DNA of 64,000 bases from Myxococcota bacterium (GTDB lineage: Bacteria > Myxococcota > Myxococcia > Myxococcales > Myxococcaceae): NCBI GenBank assembly GCA_049322255.1, contig JBMORE010000166.1, positions 1-64,000 of the forward strand, written 5' to 3'. The position numbers and the translations under genes are program-made. Below the pieces are notes generated by a model. That model did not search any database, was not told the DNA's origin, and saw nothing but the letters and a program-made list of their open reading frames with translations. Shown one piece after another: positions 1 to 10,163 of this stretch (positions are counted from its first letter, which is position 1; the number at the start of each line of letters is the position of its first letter).

Positions 1-380
1 CCGCAGAGAAGGCCGCCGCGGAGAAGGCTGCCGCGGAGAAGGCTGCCGCGGAGAAGGCTGCCGCGGAGAAGGCCAGTAAACTCACGCGTAGCACCCGCCC
101 ACCCAGACGTCCCGCGACGCGAACAAAAGCACCCGTTGCCGTGGACAAACCCCGCCCGGCTCCCGGTTTTTTGACCCTCGTCGCCTTGCCCTTTGCGCAG
201 GTGCTGCTGGGTTCCCAGGACTTGGGCCCGACCCCGCTCCACAAAACCCAGCTACCAGCCGGAAAGCATCGCTTGCGCCTCATTGGGGAGAACGGTCAGC
301 AGTACGTGCTTCCGGTGGAAATCTCCTCGGGCGAGACCACCAAGCTCAAAGTGATGCTGGAAGAGCTGGACCCTGGCTGA
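1..380 (+). CDS. 3' part of a protein with AAEKA linker and C-terminal PEGA-like domain (probably a Ser/Thr kinase C-terminus); 5'-truncated by window edge
   Basis: Frame open from position 3; C-terminus GFLTLVALPFAQV..LGPTPL...LPAGKHRLRL closely parallels the C-terminus of the kinase at 3702-5216. Confidence 0.7.
   Translation, partial: AEKAAAEKAAAEKAAAEKAAAEKASKLTRSTRPPRRPATRTKAPVAVDKPRPAPGFLTLVALPFAQVLLGSQDLGPTPLHKTQLPAGKHRLRLIGENGQQYVLPVEISSGETTKLKVMLEELDPG
3..75 (+). repeat. 15-bp coding tandem repeat (GCCGCGGAGAAGGCT, about 5 copies) encoding (AAEKA)n
   Basis: Directly visible repeats. Confidence 0.9.
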
Positions 381-382
381 AG

Positions 383-2554
383 CTATTGCAGCGCCACCGG
401 GGGCGGAGGCACGAAGTCTTCGTGGTGATCATGCCCCGCCCCGCCGAAAGTCCCCACCCACGGCTCGGCCGCCACCTCCACTCCTGGTAAGGCGAAGGTG
501 TGGAAGGCCGCCCGGCTTTGCGCAAAGGGCGGGTCACAGGTGCCGCATTGATCCGACCCCTCCATCAGGGCGATCGACCCGTTGGCCACCTCGAACAGCT
601 GCGGCTGGGTGCGGTAGGTGTGGCTCAAGGCGCACGACCACTGCTCGCCGCCGGTGCGGGCATCCACCGCGGTGAGAGTTGGCTGTCCATTGGGCTGAGT
701 GAAGACGAGGGCCACGGTGCGCGCCGATTCAGACGGTTTGGGCTTCCATCCGGCGAGACGAATCTGATCCGACGCGAAGCCGCCCGGCGCCGCCCACTGC
801 CAGCGAAGGTGCCCGCTGCCCTGCTCGTAGCCCCGAAGCGTCCCGTCGCCCACAGTCGGGCTGGGAATCACCCGGTCGAGAGTGGCGACGATGCGACCGA
901 ACATGCCCGAGGGTAGGTCCGCGAACCGGTAGGGAGCGCCGGTGGCCGCCAGGTGGGCAGTGCCACTCTTCTCTGGATAGATGAGACCCCTCGAGGAGGC
1001 GAGCTCGCCGCCGACGAACTGCTCGAGGCGCTTCCACCGGAGCACTCCGTCGCGTGAGTAGCTCACGAGCAGCGAGGGCATCAGCGGCACCAGGGGCGCG
1101 ACCCCCACCTGCGAGTGGGAGAAGGCGATGAAGAGGTCTCCGCTGACGTTGCTCACCACCCCGTAAGGGTGCGGGTGGCTGCACACTTCCAGGAACGGGT
1201 CGGAAATCTTTTGGGCGGAAACCAAATTTCCGCCGGCGTCGAGCACCGCCAGGAAATACTCGCGGCACTGGGTGGTGGCGTCAGTCCCCGCGGGAAAGGC
1301 CTCGAAGAGCGCCGCGAGGCGATCGCTCCCCAACGCGGCCAGCCGCGCCATGAACAGGCGACCGGGAGCAGCCGCAGCGGCCAAGTCGGGGCGCGCGCTG
1401 GGAAGATGCAAGGTCCACAAAAGGGTGCCGGTGGCGAGGTCGAGCGCCGACACCTTCCCCGAGCTGGTGTAGGGGTAGTCCGCGCATACCAAGCGCCCAT
1501 TCCAAAGGATGCAGCGGCGCGCCGGGGTGACACCGGCCACGGGAGCCAGGGTGTTGGCGCGTAGCCGGGGGAAGGCGAAAAAGCCCATCAGCGACACCTG
1601 CCCGCCGGGCTCGAGCACCAAGTCGTGCAGCTCGGGAGGCTCCGGAGCCACCGAGAGCGTGTCGAAGGACCAGGTCGGCTGAAGCGCAGTCGCGGGCGGG
1701 CGCTGACAGACCGAGCCGGCGCAGCGGCCCTCCTCCTGACACGGGGAGGCAGGGGCGCAGACAAAGCCATCGGGTGGATTGCGCTGCACGCACTGGCCGG
1801 CGATGCACACGTCGGCCGCGTCACAGGTGACCGTAGGGCCGCACACCGTGCCGTCGTCGGCTGGAGCCAGCCCACAGCCAGTTTGGGGATGGCACACTCC
1901 CAGCTGGCACTTGCCGTCGCCCGGGCACGGCGGCGCCGGCAGGTGCTCACAACCGGTGAGCGCGTTGCACACGTCGACCGTGCAAGCATTGGCGTCGTCG
2001 CAGCTCTTTTGCACACCCACGCAGCGACCACTTTGGCAGGTGGCGGTCATCACACAGGCGCTGTGGGGGTCACAGACAGTGCCGTCGGAGAGCGTCGAAG
2101 CGACACACCGGCCCAGCCTTGAGTCGAAGACCGCCACTTGGCACTGCCCCGACGCGGGACAATCGGGAGTAGGTCGCGCTTCACCTTCGGCGGTGAGCAC
2201 CGTCTCCTGGTCGTCGTGGTGGACGACCAGGCGCAAGGACAACGGCCCTACCTCCTCCGGCCGCACGCGCAAGCTGAGCTCGGTGGACCCCGAGGGAACC
2301 GACGTCGGCAAGGCGGCCTCAAATGGCGGCACAAGGCCCTTCCACTCCACATAGAGCGTACGCCGGCCGGTATTGAGAAGCGTCACCGGAAGCTCCGCCG
2401 TCCCTCCGAGGTAGACCTGTCCGAAGTCGAGGTGAGAGGGAGTCACCCGAAGCGTCGCTTCGGTCGAGGTGAGCTCGCGCTCGCGGCAGCCCGCCAGAAG
2501 CGTCGCCACCGCCACCACCATCCCCCAACGGGAGAAGCTCAACGTGGCCTCCAC
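383..2554 (-). CDS. Lipoprotein with Ig-like (ASH-type) domain, Cys-rich repeats and C-terminal PQQ-like beta-propeller
   Basis: Lipobox LAGC; LRVTPSHLDFGQV..LLNTG; CDDANACTVDVC-type repeats; ALDLATGTLLW and AVDARTGGEQW motifs. Confidence 0.7.
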   Translation of the reverse strand: MEATLSFSRWGMVVAVATLLAGCRERELTSTEATLRVTPSHLDFGQVYLGGTAELPVTLLNTGRRTLYVEWKGLVPPFEAALPTSVPSGSTELSLRVRPEEVGPLSLRLVVHHDDQETVLTAEGEARPTPDCPASGQCQVAVFDSRLGRCVASTLSDGTVCDPHSACVMTATCQSGRCVGVQKSCDDANACTVDVCNALTGCEHLPAPPCPGDGKCQLGVCHPQTGCGLAPADDGTVCGPTVTCDAADVCIAGQCVQRNPPDGFVCAPASPCQEEGRCAGSVCQRPPATALQPTWSFDTLSVAPEPPELHDLVLEPGGQVSLMGFFAFPRLRANTLAPVAGVTPARRCILWNGRLVCADYPYTSSGKVSALDLATGTLLWTLHLPSARPDLAAAAAPGRLFMARLAALGSDRLAALFEAFPAGTDATTQCREYFLAVLDAGGNLVSAQKISDPFLEVCSHPHPYGVVSNVSGDLFIAFSHSQVGVAPLVPLMPSLLVSYSRDGVLRWKRLEQFVGGELASSRGLIYPEKSGTAHLAATGAPYRFADLPSGMFGRIVATLDRVIPSPTVGDGTLRGYEQGSGHLRWQWAAPGGFASDQIRLAGWKPKPSESARTVALVFTQPNGQPTLTAVDARTGGEQWSCALSHTYRTQPQLFEVANGSIALMEGSDQCGTCDPPFAQSRAAFHTFALPGVEVAAEPWVGTFGGAGHDHHEDFVPPPPVALQ

Positions 2555-2626
2555 TTCCCTTCGCGAGGCCCATGCTGGCAGAGCAGGATGTAGGTGCGAA
2601 AGTTCCTGGCGCCGCGAAAGAGGGAG

Positions 2627-3466
2627 TCAGGGCAGCCCGCTCGTCCGGTCGGCAGGCGGCAGTTTGAGCGGCGGAGGTTGGGTGATGACCGCGGCCGCAG
2701 CGAGGCCCGCTCCAATCACCACTCCGGTGCCGACGAGGATGGGCCACCAGCTCGAGTCCTCCGATGGAGGGCGCTGCTCGAGTCTGGGTTCCTTTCGCGT
2801 GAGGTTTCGCACAGCGGGAACCTCTTTTTTGGCCACGGGCGCAGGCAGCTGCAGCGGACGTTGGCGAGAGGCGACTTGGTACAACACACCGCCGTTGGCA
2901 TCGACTGCCTCAGCAAAAACCTGAACGTCCTTCTCCTCTGCGAAGCTCATCATCAACGGCGCGCCCACAGCCGCTGTCAACGGAGTGAACGCTCCGTGAG
3001 CTCCAGTGCGCGCGTGCACGGTGACCTCCTCGGCGAGCGGCACGTCTTCGCGCAGCTCGATGAAAAGCTCTCCAGTTTTCTTTCTCTGCACCGAAAGCTC
3101 GTTCTTTTTCCCCGCAACGTTCCGCTGCGCCTGTCCAAAGGGCTCGGTCACCTTCGGCCCGAGGGAGCGATCGATCTCGGCTTTGGGGTCGATCAGAAGA
3201 AGCTTCTCGAGCGCCTCCACCGCCTCATTCGTCTTTCCTTGGAAGGCCAAGGCCAGCCCGAGCCCACGATAGGCCGTGACGCGTTCTTCCCGGCTGGCAG
3301 GCACCTCGAGCGCCTTCCTGAAGAGCTTCTCGGCCTGCTCGAGCTCCAGTTCCTCGAGAGCCGTCTCCGCCCTGTGGAGGGTGGATTCAGCGGCAACCTC
3401 CGCAGCTCCCAGACACGTGAGGACGAGAAGAAACGAACGCACGGGGGAGATTCTACTCTCTTCCAC
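2627..3466 (-). CDS. TPR-containing exported protein with C-terminal TM anchor
   Basis: Signal peptide; AYRGLGLALAFQGKTNEAVEALEKLLLIDP TPR pattern; WWPILVGTGVVIGAG helix. Confidence 0.7.
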   Translation of the reverse strand: MEESRISPVRSFLLVLTCLGAAEVAAESTLHRAETALEELELEQAEKLFRKALEVPASREERVTAYRGLGLALAFQGKTNEAVEALEKLLLIDPKAEIDRSLGPKVTEPFGQAQRNVAGKKNELSVQRKKTGELFIELREDVPLAEEVTVHARTGAHGAFTPLTAAVGAPLMMSFAEEKDVQVFAEAVDANGGVLYQVASRQRPLQLPAPVAKKEVPAVRNLTRKEPRLEQRPPSEDSSWWPILVGTGVVIGAGLAAAAVITQPPPLKLPPADRTSGLP

Positions 3467-3518
3467 TGTATGGAAAGAGAGTGGATCTAAATCGTCGTAG
3501 AAGCAGGGACGACGAACT

Positions 3519-3681
3519 TGTGGAGAAGTTCACAAACGCGCGCACAGGCAGCGAAAAGCCCATCCACCCGGGTGTGGACAATCCGTCAGTTCTCCGCAGG
3601 AATCGACAGGGAGGAAGTCCGCTCTGCAGTTGCCCACATTCACCTAGATTGTCCGAGACGCAACTCCACAAGCGACCCACA
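3519..3681. promoter_or_regulatory. Cluster of DnaA-box-like 9-mers (candidate oriC part)
   Basis: TGTGGAGAA 3519-27, TGTGGACAA 3573-81, TTCTCCGCA 3590-98, TTGCCCACA 3630-38, AACTCCACA 3662-70 in one intergenic region. Confidence 0.6.
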
Positions 3682-3701
3682 GTGTTACGCTTTGCCCTCC
3701 G

Positions 3702-5216
3702 GTGCCCCGGGAGAGCCCGAAAATAGGCAAGTACGACATTCTCACCCAGCTTTCGGTGGGGGGAATGGCCGAGCTCTTCTTGGCCTTCACCACCGGGCCG
3801 GGCGGGTTTCGCAAGTACGTGGTGGTGAAGCGGGTGCTTCCCGAAGAGCGGGTGGAGGAGCAGTTCGTCCGCATGTTCCTCGACGAGGCGCGCATCACCG
3901 CCGCCTTCAACCACCCGAACATCTGCCAGGTGTTCGAGCTGGGCGAAGAGAAAGAGGGCCTGTACCTGGCGATGGAGTTCATCTCCGGCCAGAACTTGAG
4001 CCAAATCACCGCCGCCTGCGCGGCCAAGCCGGCGATTTTGCCCGTGGGGTTCTCGGTGGCGGTGGCCATCGACGTCGCCCTGGCGCTGCACTACGCCCAC
4101 ACCTTTGCCGACGCCGTGGGGAGGGCGCGGCCGGTCATTCACCGCGACGTGGCGCACAAGAACGTGATGGTGACATACGAAGGGGTGGTGAAGCTGCTCG
4201 ACTTCGGCATCGCCAAGGCGCGGGACAGCTTGAGCCACACTCGGGCAGGAACGGTGAAGGGAACCACCGGGTACATGTCACCGGAGCAAGTACAGGGCGA
4301 AGAGCTGGATGGGCGCAGCGACGTCTTCGGGCTGGGGGTGGTGCTGCACGAGCTCATCACCGGCCGCCGCCTCTTCTCCGCGGAGACGGACATCGACGAG
4401 ATGAAGATGATTCTGCACGCGCCCATCCCCAAACCCTCGGAAGTCCTGCCGGCGTTGCCCAAGGCCCTCTCCGAAGTGGTGATGCGTGCGCTGGCGCGGG
4501 AGAAGTCCGAGCGCTACCCGACCGCGCGCGACTTCGCCAAAGCGCTGGAGCGCGCCGGGAAGGGCCTGCTCTTCGACTTGGAGCAGCGAGCCGTCTTCAT
4601 GCGCGAGCTTTTCGAAAAGGAACGGGCGGCCACCCGCGCCCTCCTCGAGAAGGCGGAGACGCAGGAAGACTCCGCTGCGCTTTCGAGCAAGCCAACAGAT
4701 GCCGAGCACAGGGACACGCAAGAAGCGCAGCCCAGCACAGCGGCCACCCCCACCGCGGTTCCCCGTCGGCCGGGGCTTGGATGGCTGGGCGCCCTGTCGT
4801 TGCTGGCCGTCCTGGTGGCCTTTGGCGCTTACCGCGTCTGGACCAACTTGAGCGCCGCCGAGGAGCCGCCTCCGGTGCCGGCGTACCAGGACCCGAGTCC
4901 GATTCCGGAATTTGGCCAGCGCTCCGCACCGCCTGAGCCGAGCAAGGAAGAGGTGAAGGAGGTTGTGGAAAAGCCGCGCGCCACCAAGGTAAGCCGCGCC
5001 GGCACCCTCACCCTGGTCACCGTTCCGGAGGCGAAGGTGCTCAAGGGCAAAAAAGAGCTGGGCCAAACCCCGCTGTTCAACGCCTCGCTCCCCGCAGGGA
5101 CGCACCGGCTCTACCTGGTGGGGCCCGATGGAAGAAAGAGGATGCTTTCGGTGCCCATCAGCGCGGGGAAGAACACCGCCTTTAGGGTGAAGCTCGAGGA
5201 CTTGCCAGAGAAGTGA
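3702..5216 (+). CDS. Hanks-type Ser/Thr protein kinase, membrane-anchored, C-terminal PEGA-like domain
   Basis: GGMAELF, VVVKR, HRDVAHKN, DFGIAK, GYMSPEQ, SDVFGLG motifs; TM helix. Confidence 0.95.
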   Translation: MPRESPKIGKYDILTQLSVGGMAELFLAFTTGPGGFRKYVVVKRVLPEERVEEQFVRMFLDEARITAAFNHPNICQVFELGEEKEGLYLAMEFISGQNLSQITAACAAKPAILPVGFSVAVAIDVALALHYAHTFADAVGRARPVIHRDVAHKNVMVTYEGVVKLLDFGIAKARDSLSHTRAGTVKGTTGYMSPEQVQGEELDGRSDVFGLGVVLHELITGRRLFSAETDIDEMKMILHAPIPKPSEVLPALPKALSEVVMRALAREKSERYPTARDFAKALERAGKGLLFDLEQRAVFMRELFEKERAATRALLEKAETQEDSAALSSKPTDAEHRDTQEAQPSTAATPTAVPRRPGLGWLGALSLLAVLVAFGAYRVWTNLSAAEEPPPVPAYQDPSPIPEFGQRSAPPEPSKEEVKEVVEKPRATKVSRAGTLTLVTVPEAKVLKGKKELGQTPLFNASLPAGTHRLYLVGPDGRKRMLSVPISAGKNTAFRVKLEDLPEK

Positions 5217-5431
5217 GCGTCATTTGCCCCGTCGTCGATGGCGATCTGCCAGGTTCGCGTCGTGGGCGATGACTCGAAGACCTCCAGAGCTTTCAGTTTT
5301 GTTTGTTGCCGCAGAACTCGTTGCTGTACTGCGTCCAACTGCCCGTGTTCCCGTCCGCGCGCGTTTAGTCGAACGATTTCGCCGAGGTCAACTCATTGGC
5401 GCTCGAGGCGGCATGACATTAGATTTCGCCT

Positions 5432-6007
5432 GTGCGCGCTCCTGCCCATCACCGCTACACCTGGGAGCAGTACCTCCAACTCGAGCGCCAAAGCCCCATC
5501 AAGCATGAGTTCCTCGACGGCGAGATTTTCGCCATGGCGGGAGGCACCCCGGAGCACGCCGCGCTGGGTGCCACGGTGCTGCGCGACCTCGGGGTTCAGC
5601 TCAAGGGCACGCCCTGTCGGGCCTACAGCTCGGATTTGAGCGTGAAGATTCAGTCCAGTGGGCTTGCCACCTATCCGGATGCGAGCGTGCTCTGCGGAGA
5701 GCCACGGAGCGACCCGGGGAGCCCGAATGTCGTTCTCAATCCGACGGTTCTCGTCGAGGTGACGAGTGATTCGACCGAGAGCTACGACCGGGGAGAGAAA
5801 TTCGAGCACTACCGCGGCATTCCCGAGCTGGCCGAGTATGTCCTCGTTTCTCACCGGGAACGGCTGATTGAAGTCTTCCGCCGCGGCGCGGAAGGGCTGT
5901 GGACACGCTTCGAGGCGCGGCGAGGCGCGCGCGTCCGCCTGGAATCCATCGCCTGCGAGCTGGAGGTCGACAGCATCTACGAGGGCATCACGCTGCACAC
6001 CGAGTAG
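5432..6007 (+). CDS. Uma2-family (DUF820) endonuclease
   Basis: KHEFLDGEIFAMAGG..H, YPDASVLC, NPTVLVEVTSDSTESYDRGEKF..Y. Confidence 0.9.
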   Translation: MRAPAHHRYTWEQYLQLERQSPIKHEFLDGEIFAMAGGTPEHAALGATVLRDLGVQLKGTPCRAYSSDLSVKIQSSGLATYPDASVLCGEPRSDPGSPNVVLNPTVLVEVTSDSTESYDRGEKFEHYRGIPELAEYVLVSHRERLIEVFRRGAEGLWTRFEARRGARVRLESIACELEVDSIYEGITLHTE

Positions 6008-6012
6008 GAGCG

Positions 6013-7365
6013 TCAGCTCACGCCCAGCTTGGCCTCCAGCTCGGCCAGCTCCTTCTTCACCGCCTCGTCGCTCTCCCGCTGCTTCTCCACCTTGCGCACC
6101 GCGGAGATGACGGTGGAGTGGTCTTTGCCGAACTTGGAGGCGATTTCCGGAAAAGAGCTCTTGGTCAGCCGGCGGGAGAGGTACATCGCCACCTGGCGGG
6201 CGTGGGCCAGGTGCTTGGTGCGCCGGTCCTGGCGCAGCTCCTCCACCGCCACCTTGTAGAAGCGGGCCACCTCGCGCTGAATCTGCTCCACGTCGAGTGG
6301 GCGGCTGGTGGGCAGAATGTCTTTGAGCACCTGAGCGGCGAACTCCTCGGTCACCGCCTGCCCGGTGAGGGAATGCACCGCCGAGATTTTGATCAGCGCT
6401 CCTTCGAGCTCGCGCACGTTCTTCTGCACGTGGCGGGCGATGAACTGGCACACCTTGTCCGGCAGAGCGAAGCGCTCGGCGTCGGCCTTCTTCTTCAAGA
6501 TGGCCACCCGCGTCTCGTAGTTGGGCTCCTGGATGTCGGTGATGAGGCCCATGTTGAAGCGGCTGCGCAGCCGCTCCTCCAGGCCGGGAATCTCCGCCGG
6601 CACCGTGTCCGAGGTGAGGACGATGGCTTTGGACATCTCGTGCAGGGTGTTGAAGGTGTAGAAGAATTCCTTCTGTGTCTCCTCGCGCTTGCCGAGGAAC
6701 TGGATGTCGTCGATGAGGAGCACGTCGCACTCCTCGCGGAACTTGCGCCGAAACTCGGGCATGCGGTGGTCGCGCACCGCCTCCACGTACTGGTTGGTGA
6801 AGTCCTCGGAGGAGAGGTAGACGATGCGCGCGTTGGAATTCTGGGCGTAGATTCTGTTTCCCACCGCGTGGAGCAGGTGCGTCTTGCCCAGCCCGGTGCC
6901 GCCGTAGATGAAGAGCGGGTTGTAGACTCGCCCCGGCTGGTCGCCCACCGCCGCCGCCGCCGCCGCGGGCAATTGGTTCGAGTCGGCCACCACGTAGGTG
7001 GCGAAGGTGAAGCGCTCGTTGAGCCGGTGCGGCCGAGGTGCGGGCGGGCTTGCCGTGGGTGCGGGCTCGTCCGCTCGGGCGGGGAGGGGGAGCTCGACCA
7101 CCTCGAAGGCCACGTGGGGCGGCGCCTGAGGCAGCTTCGCCAACGTCGCTTCGAGCAGGGCACGGTAGTGGTCGTCTACCCAGTCGCGGAAGAAGCGGTC
7201 GTGCACTGCCAGCACCAGCGCGTCCGCTTTGATTTCTAGGGGGGCGAGCTTCTCCAGCCAGGAGAGGGCGTAACTCTTGCCTTCGCTCCGGAGGGTGTCC
7301 AGGAGCTGAGCCCAGACATCTCGGCCATTTAGGTTGATGAACGCCTTCTCAGCAAGCGCCGTCAA
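6013..7365 (-). CDS. dnaA: Chromosomal replication initiator DnaA
   Basis: [57 protein letters not shown]. Confidence 0.98.
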   Translation of the reverse strand: MTALAEKAFINLNGRDVWAQLLDTLRSEGKSYALSWLEKLAPLEIKADALVLAVHDRFFRDWVDDHYRALLEATLAKLPQAPPHVAFEVVELPLPARADEPAPTASPPAPRPHRLNERFTFATYVVADSNQLPAAAAAAVGDQPGRVYNPLFIYGGTGLGKTHLLHAVGNRIYAQNSNARIVYLSSEDFTNQYVEAVRDHRMPEFRRKFREECDVLLIDDIQFLGKREETQKEFFYTFNTLHEMSKAIVLTSDTVPAEIPGLEERLRSRFNMGLITDIQEPNYETRVAILKKKADAERFALPDKVCQFIARHVQKNVRELEGALIKISAVHSLTGQAVTEEFAAQVLKDILPTSRPLDVEQIQREVARFYKVAVEELRQDRRTKHLAHARQVAMYLSRRLTKSSFPEIASKFGKDHSTVISAVRKVEKQRESDEAVKKELAELEAKLGVS

Positions 7366-7615
7366 AAGACCCTCGAAGCAAAATCAATTTCAGTCGACGG
7401 AAGGCCGCTGGTGTACCGGACGAGTCACGCGCGGATCAAGCGACACCTTCAAGTGTGCGGAAGTGAAAAGGGATCGCTCCTGCGGATCCGCGCCGGCGGC
7501 GAAAGACCCTCAATCTCGTTGTGGTAGGGCAGCCACCCTCCCCAATAGCTAGGGGGCTGGGTTTGCGGAAAGTGTTTTCCTTTTTCGCTTCGCTCGCTCG
7601 GCACGCGGGCGATGA

Positions 7616-7701
7616 GCTTCCACAAGCTGCTCTAGAGTAAGTAGGGCGGTTCTCCACAGCTGCACTCAGCTTGTCCACAACAGAATCAGCGTCACTCCAC
7701 A
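7616..7701. promoter_or_regulatory. Co-oriented DnaA boxes upstream of dnaA
   Basis: GCTTCCACA 7616, TTCTCCACA 7650, TTGTCCACA 7671, CACTCCACA 7693. Confidence 0.7.
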
Positions 7702-7716
7702 GCACCTTGGGCAAAC

Positions 7717-9165
7717 TCACCGCTGTACTGCAACTCCCTGGGTGACGTTTCGAGTGCCGGTGCCGAAGTCCACGGCGGCCCCGTGGTGTTGGCCCACCCC
7801 TTGGGCGCTGACGGTCAGGCGCACCAGCTGACTCACCGCGGAGACGAACACCGTCCCGGTTTGGGCGCCGCGGGCGATGACGTCGAGCTCGGCGGCCAAG
7901 GGCACGTTGGAGACGGCGGTGCCGAGGGAGAGGCTGCCGTTGGCCCCCAAGAACACCGGAGCCACCGTGTTGCGGTTCAAAGTAGAGACGAGGGCCAAAG
8001 GCCCGCCCAGCGCCGACGAGGGCGCAGGATGGAAAACCACTTCGAAGGGAGTATCCAAGGTGGTGAGGACCGTCCCCTCCTGGGTCAGAGAGCCGTCGCC
8101 GAGGCGGAAGCGGCGCACCTCGTTGCCGAAGAGGTTGCTGGTGAGGAGCGCGTGTTCTCCTTCGGGGTCGACGGCCAGACCCTCGGGCAGCCCCAGATCC
8201 GCCTCCAGCCGTGCGCGTTCCGCTCCTGTGCGGTCGTAGAGCAACAGCTTGGGTAGTCCACTGCCCCCCGAGCCGCAATAGATGAGCAGACGCCCGCGCC
8301 GTCCATCCACTGCCAGCTTCGAGGGCGGCCCGGGCAGCGTGACCAGCGGCGAAGGCGCGCCGACGGTGGAGAGGTCCTCCGCCGGCTCGAAGCGCCACAG
8401 GGTGGGCGGCTCTCCGGAGGGCCCCGCGCCGCCGGCCACGTAGAGGTAACGGCCGTCGGCGCCCCACTCCAAGGCTGCGGGGCTCCCGTGAGGCAAGGAG
8501 AGTGTTTCGCCCACGCTGACGTCGGCGACGCGCCCAGAAAGGGGGGTGCGCAGCAGCGTCACCTGCGAGGTGCTCATCACTGCGGTGGCCCGCCCGTGCG
8601 GAGCGGCACGCAGCAACGAGGGACCGGGAGGAACGGTGAGCCGCACCGGCGCTCCCACCACCGTCCCCGAGGCACCCCAGGTGAAGGCGCTCACCCCGAT
8701 GCCCTCGCTGGAGGCTCCTCCCCCGTCGAGCGGCTCGAGGCGGTGGGCCGTCATCACCACCCGGTCGACATCGGGGGCGTTGCGCAAATCGAGGGTGAAG
8801 GGAGCGGTCACCTCGCCGGTGGGCGTCTGTCCCACCAGCTCCAGTGCTATTGGCCCATCGGAGGTGCTCAGCGAAAAGCTGGGGAGCACCACCCAGAGTT
8901 GGCTTCCCACCCGCTCGTACTCGGCGCCCGTCACTGTGGGCCGCAACGTCAGCGCGCCAAGCTGCCCATCCGGGTCTTCCACTTGAAAGCGCAAGAGGAC
9001 GGGCCCCCGGCGCGGCTGGGAGGGAACCAGCGGAGTGAGGACGACCGGCGACGAAATGCCTGCATCGGTGCCGCCGTCCATCGCCCCCATCCCACCGTCG
9101 GAGAGCTCTGGCGGAGCACCACAAGCGGTCAGCGCCGCCAAAATCAGGAGCACGTGTGCGCGCAT
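7717..9165 (-). CDS. Lipoprotein with YncE-like beta-propeller
   Basis: Start chosen at MRAHVLLILAALTAC (lipobox); P..L....DGR.LYV repeats. Confidence 0.7.
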   Translation of the reverse strand: MRAHVLLILAALTACGAPPELSDGGMGAMDGGTDAGISSPVVLTPLVPSQPRRGPVLLRFQVEDPDGQLGALTLRPTVTGAEYERVGSQLWVVLPSFSLSTSDGPIALELVGQTPTGEVTAPFTLDLRNAPDVDRVVMTAHRLEPLDGGGASSEGIGVSAFTWGASGTVVGAPVRLTVPPGPSLLRAAPHGRATAVMSTSQVTLLRTPLSGRVADVSVGETLSLPHGSPAALEWGADGRYLYVAGGAGPSGEPPTLWRFEPAEDLSTVGAPSPLVTLPGPPSKLAVDGRRGRLLIYCGSGGSGLPKLLLYDRTGAERARLEADLGLPEGLAVDPEGEHALLTSNLFGNEVRRFRLGDGSLTQEGTVLTTLDTPFEVVFHPAPSSALGGPLALVSTLNRNTVAPVFLGANGSLSLGTAVSNVPLAAELDVIARGAQTGTVFVSAVSQLVRLTVSAQGVGQHHGAAVDFGTGTRNVTQGVAVQR

Positions 9166-9410
9166 TGGCGACCTCTGTGGACCGGCTGCATGGTCAGCCT
9201 CTTCCCACGCCGAAGCAGCTACGTGGGAGAGATTGCGGAGGAGGGAACGAGCTTGGGCCGAACGAGCTCCGTGTTGAATATTGGTAGCAGAACCCAGCCC
9301 CCCTCGACAGGCCAAAGCCTGGGACAGATCCTTGGCGTTGGGTTGACTCTTGTCCGTGGGCGGGTTATTCGCGCCGCCTCTTTTTCTTTAAAGAAGACGA
9401 GGAGTTTCCC

Positions 9411-9566
9411 GTGAAGCGCAAGCCCACGTATCAGCCGTCGAAAGTTCGGCGGAACCGCGCCCACGGCTTTCGGAAGCGGAACGCGACCAAGGCCGGCCGG
9501 GCGGTGCTCAAGCGGCGCAGGGCCAAGGGCCGCAAGCGGCTGGTGGTGCGCGCGGCCCAGAAGTAG
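9411..9566 (+). CDS. rpmH: 50S ribosomal protein L34 (absent from ORF track, 51 aa)
   Basis: GTG start after [50 protein letters not shown]. Confidence 0.97.
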   Translation: MKRKPTYQPSKVRRNRAHGFRKRNATKAGRAVLKRRRAKGRKRLVVRAAQK

Positions 9567-9576
9567 GTGCCGTTCG

Positions 9577-9933
9577 GTGCCCGGTGGGGAGCGCTTTCCC
9601 AAGAGCGCGCGGCTTCGCAATCGCCGTGAATTCCTCCACGTGCAGCAGTCGGGCACCAAGGTGGATGCCGGCTGCCTGCTCGCCTTGGCCGTGCCGAACG
9701 AGCGCCCCTTCACCCGCGTGGGCTTCACCGTCTCGAGCAAGGTGGGAAATGCGGTGGTTCGAAACCAGATTCGCCGCCGACTTCGAGAGCTGTTCCGCAA
9801 GCGCGCTGCTTTACTGCCCGTAGGAGTGGACGTGGTTTTCATCGCCAAGAGCTCCGCCGCCCAAGCCGACTTCGCCACCCTCGCGCGCGCGTTCGACACG
9901 GCCGCCGCCAAGCTCTCGAGGCAATTCGCATGA
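9577..9933 (+). CDS. rnpA: Ribonuclease P protein component
   Basis: [25 protein letters not shown]; synteny. Confidence 0.95.
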   Translation: MPGGERFPKSARLRNRREFLHVQQSGTKVDAGCLLALAVPNERPFTRVGFTVSSKVGNAVVRNQIRRRLRELFRKRAALLPVGVDVVFIAKSSAAQADFATLARAFDTAAAKLSRQFA

Positions 9934-10163
9934 GACTGCTCGCCGTCCTCTTCGCGCTGCCCATTCGGCTCTACCGAAGGGTGCTCTCCCCGGCGATGCC
10001 CAACGTCTGCCGCTTCCATCCCTCGTGCTCGAAGTACGCCCTCGACGCGCTCGAGGTGCACGGGCCTTTCAAGGGCCTCTACCTCGCGGTGCGGCGCCTG
10101 TTGCGCTGCCAACCGTTCCACCCCGGTGGGCTCGATCCGGTGCCGCCGCAAGGGAGAGTCTGA
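9930..10163 (+). CDS. yidD: Membrane protein insertion efficiency factor YidD
   Basis: [28 protein letters not shown]. Confidence 0.95.
   Translation: MRLLAVLFALPIRLYRRVLSPAMPNVCRFHPSCSKYALDALEVHGPFKGLYLAVRRLLRCQPFHPGGLDPVPPQGRV

Noticed and set aside
5217..5400. Small minus-strand ORF or gene remnant
   Set aside because: No recognisable motif and it overlaps the kinase 3' end
7366..7600. Riboswitch or ncRNA in the dnaA leader
   Set aside because: Only weak hairpins and a 10-bp direct repeat (AAAGACCCTC at 7365 and 7502); no recognisable family motif
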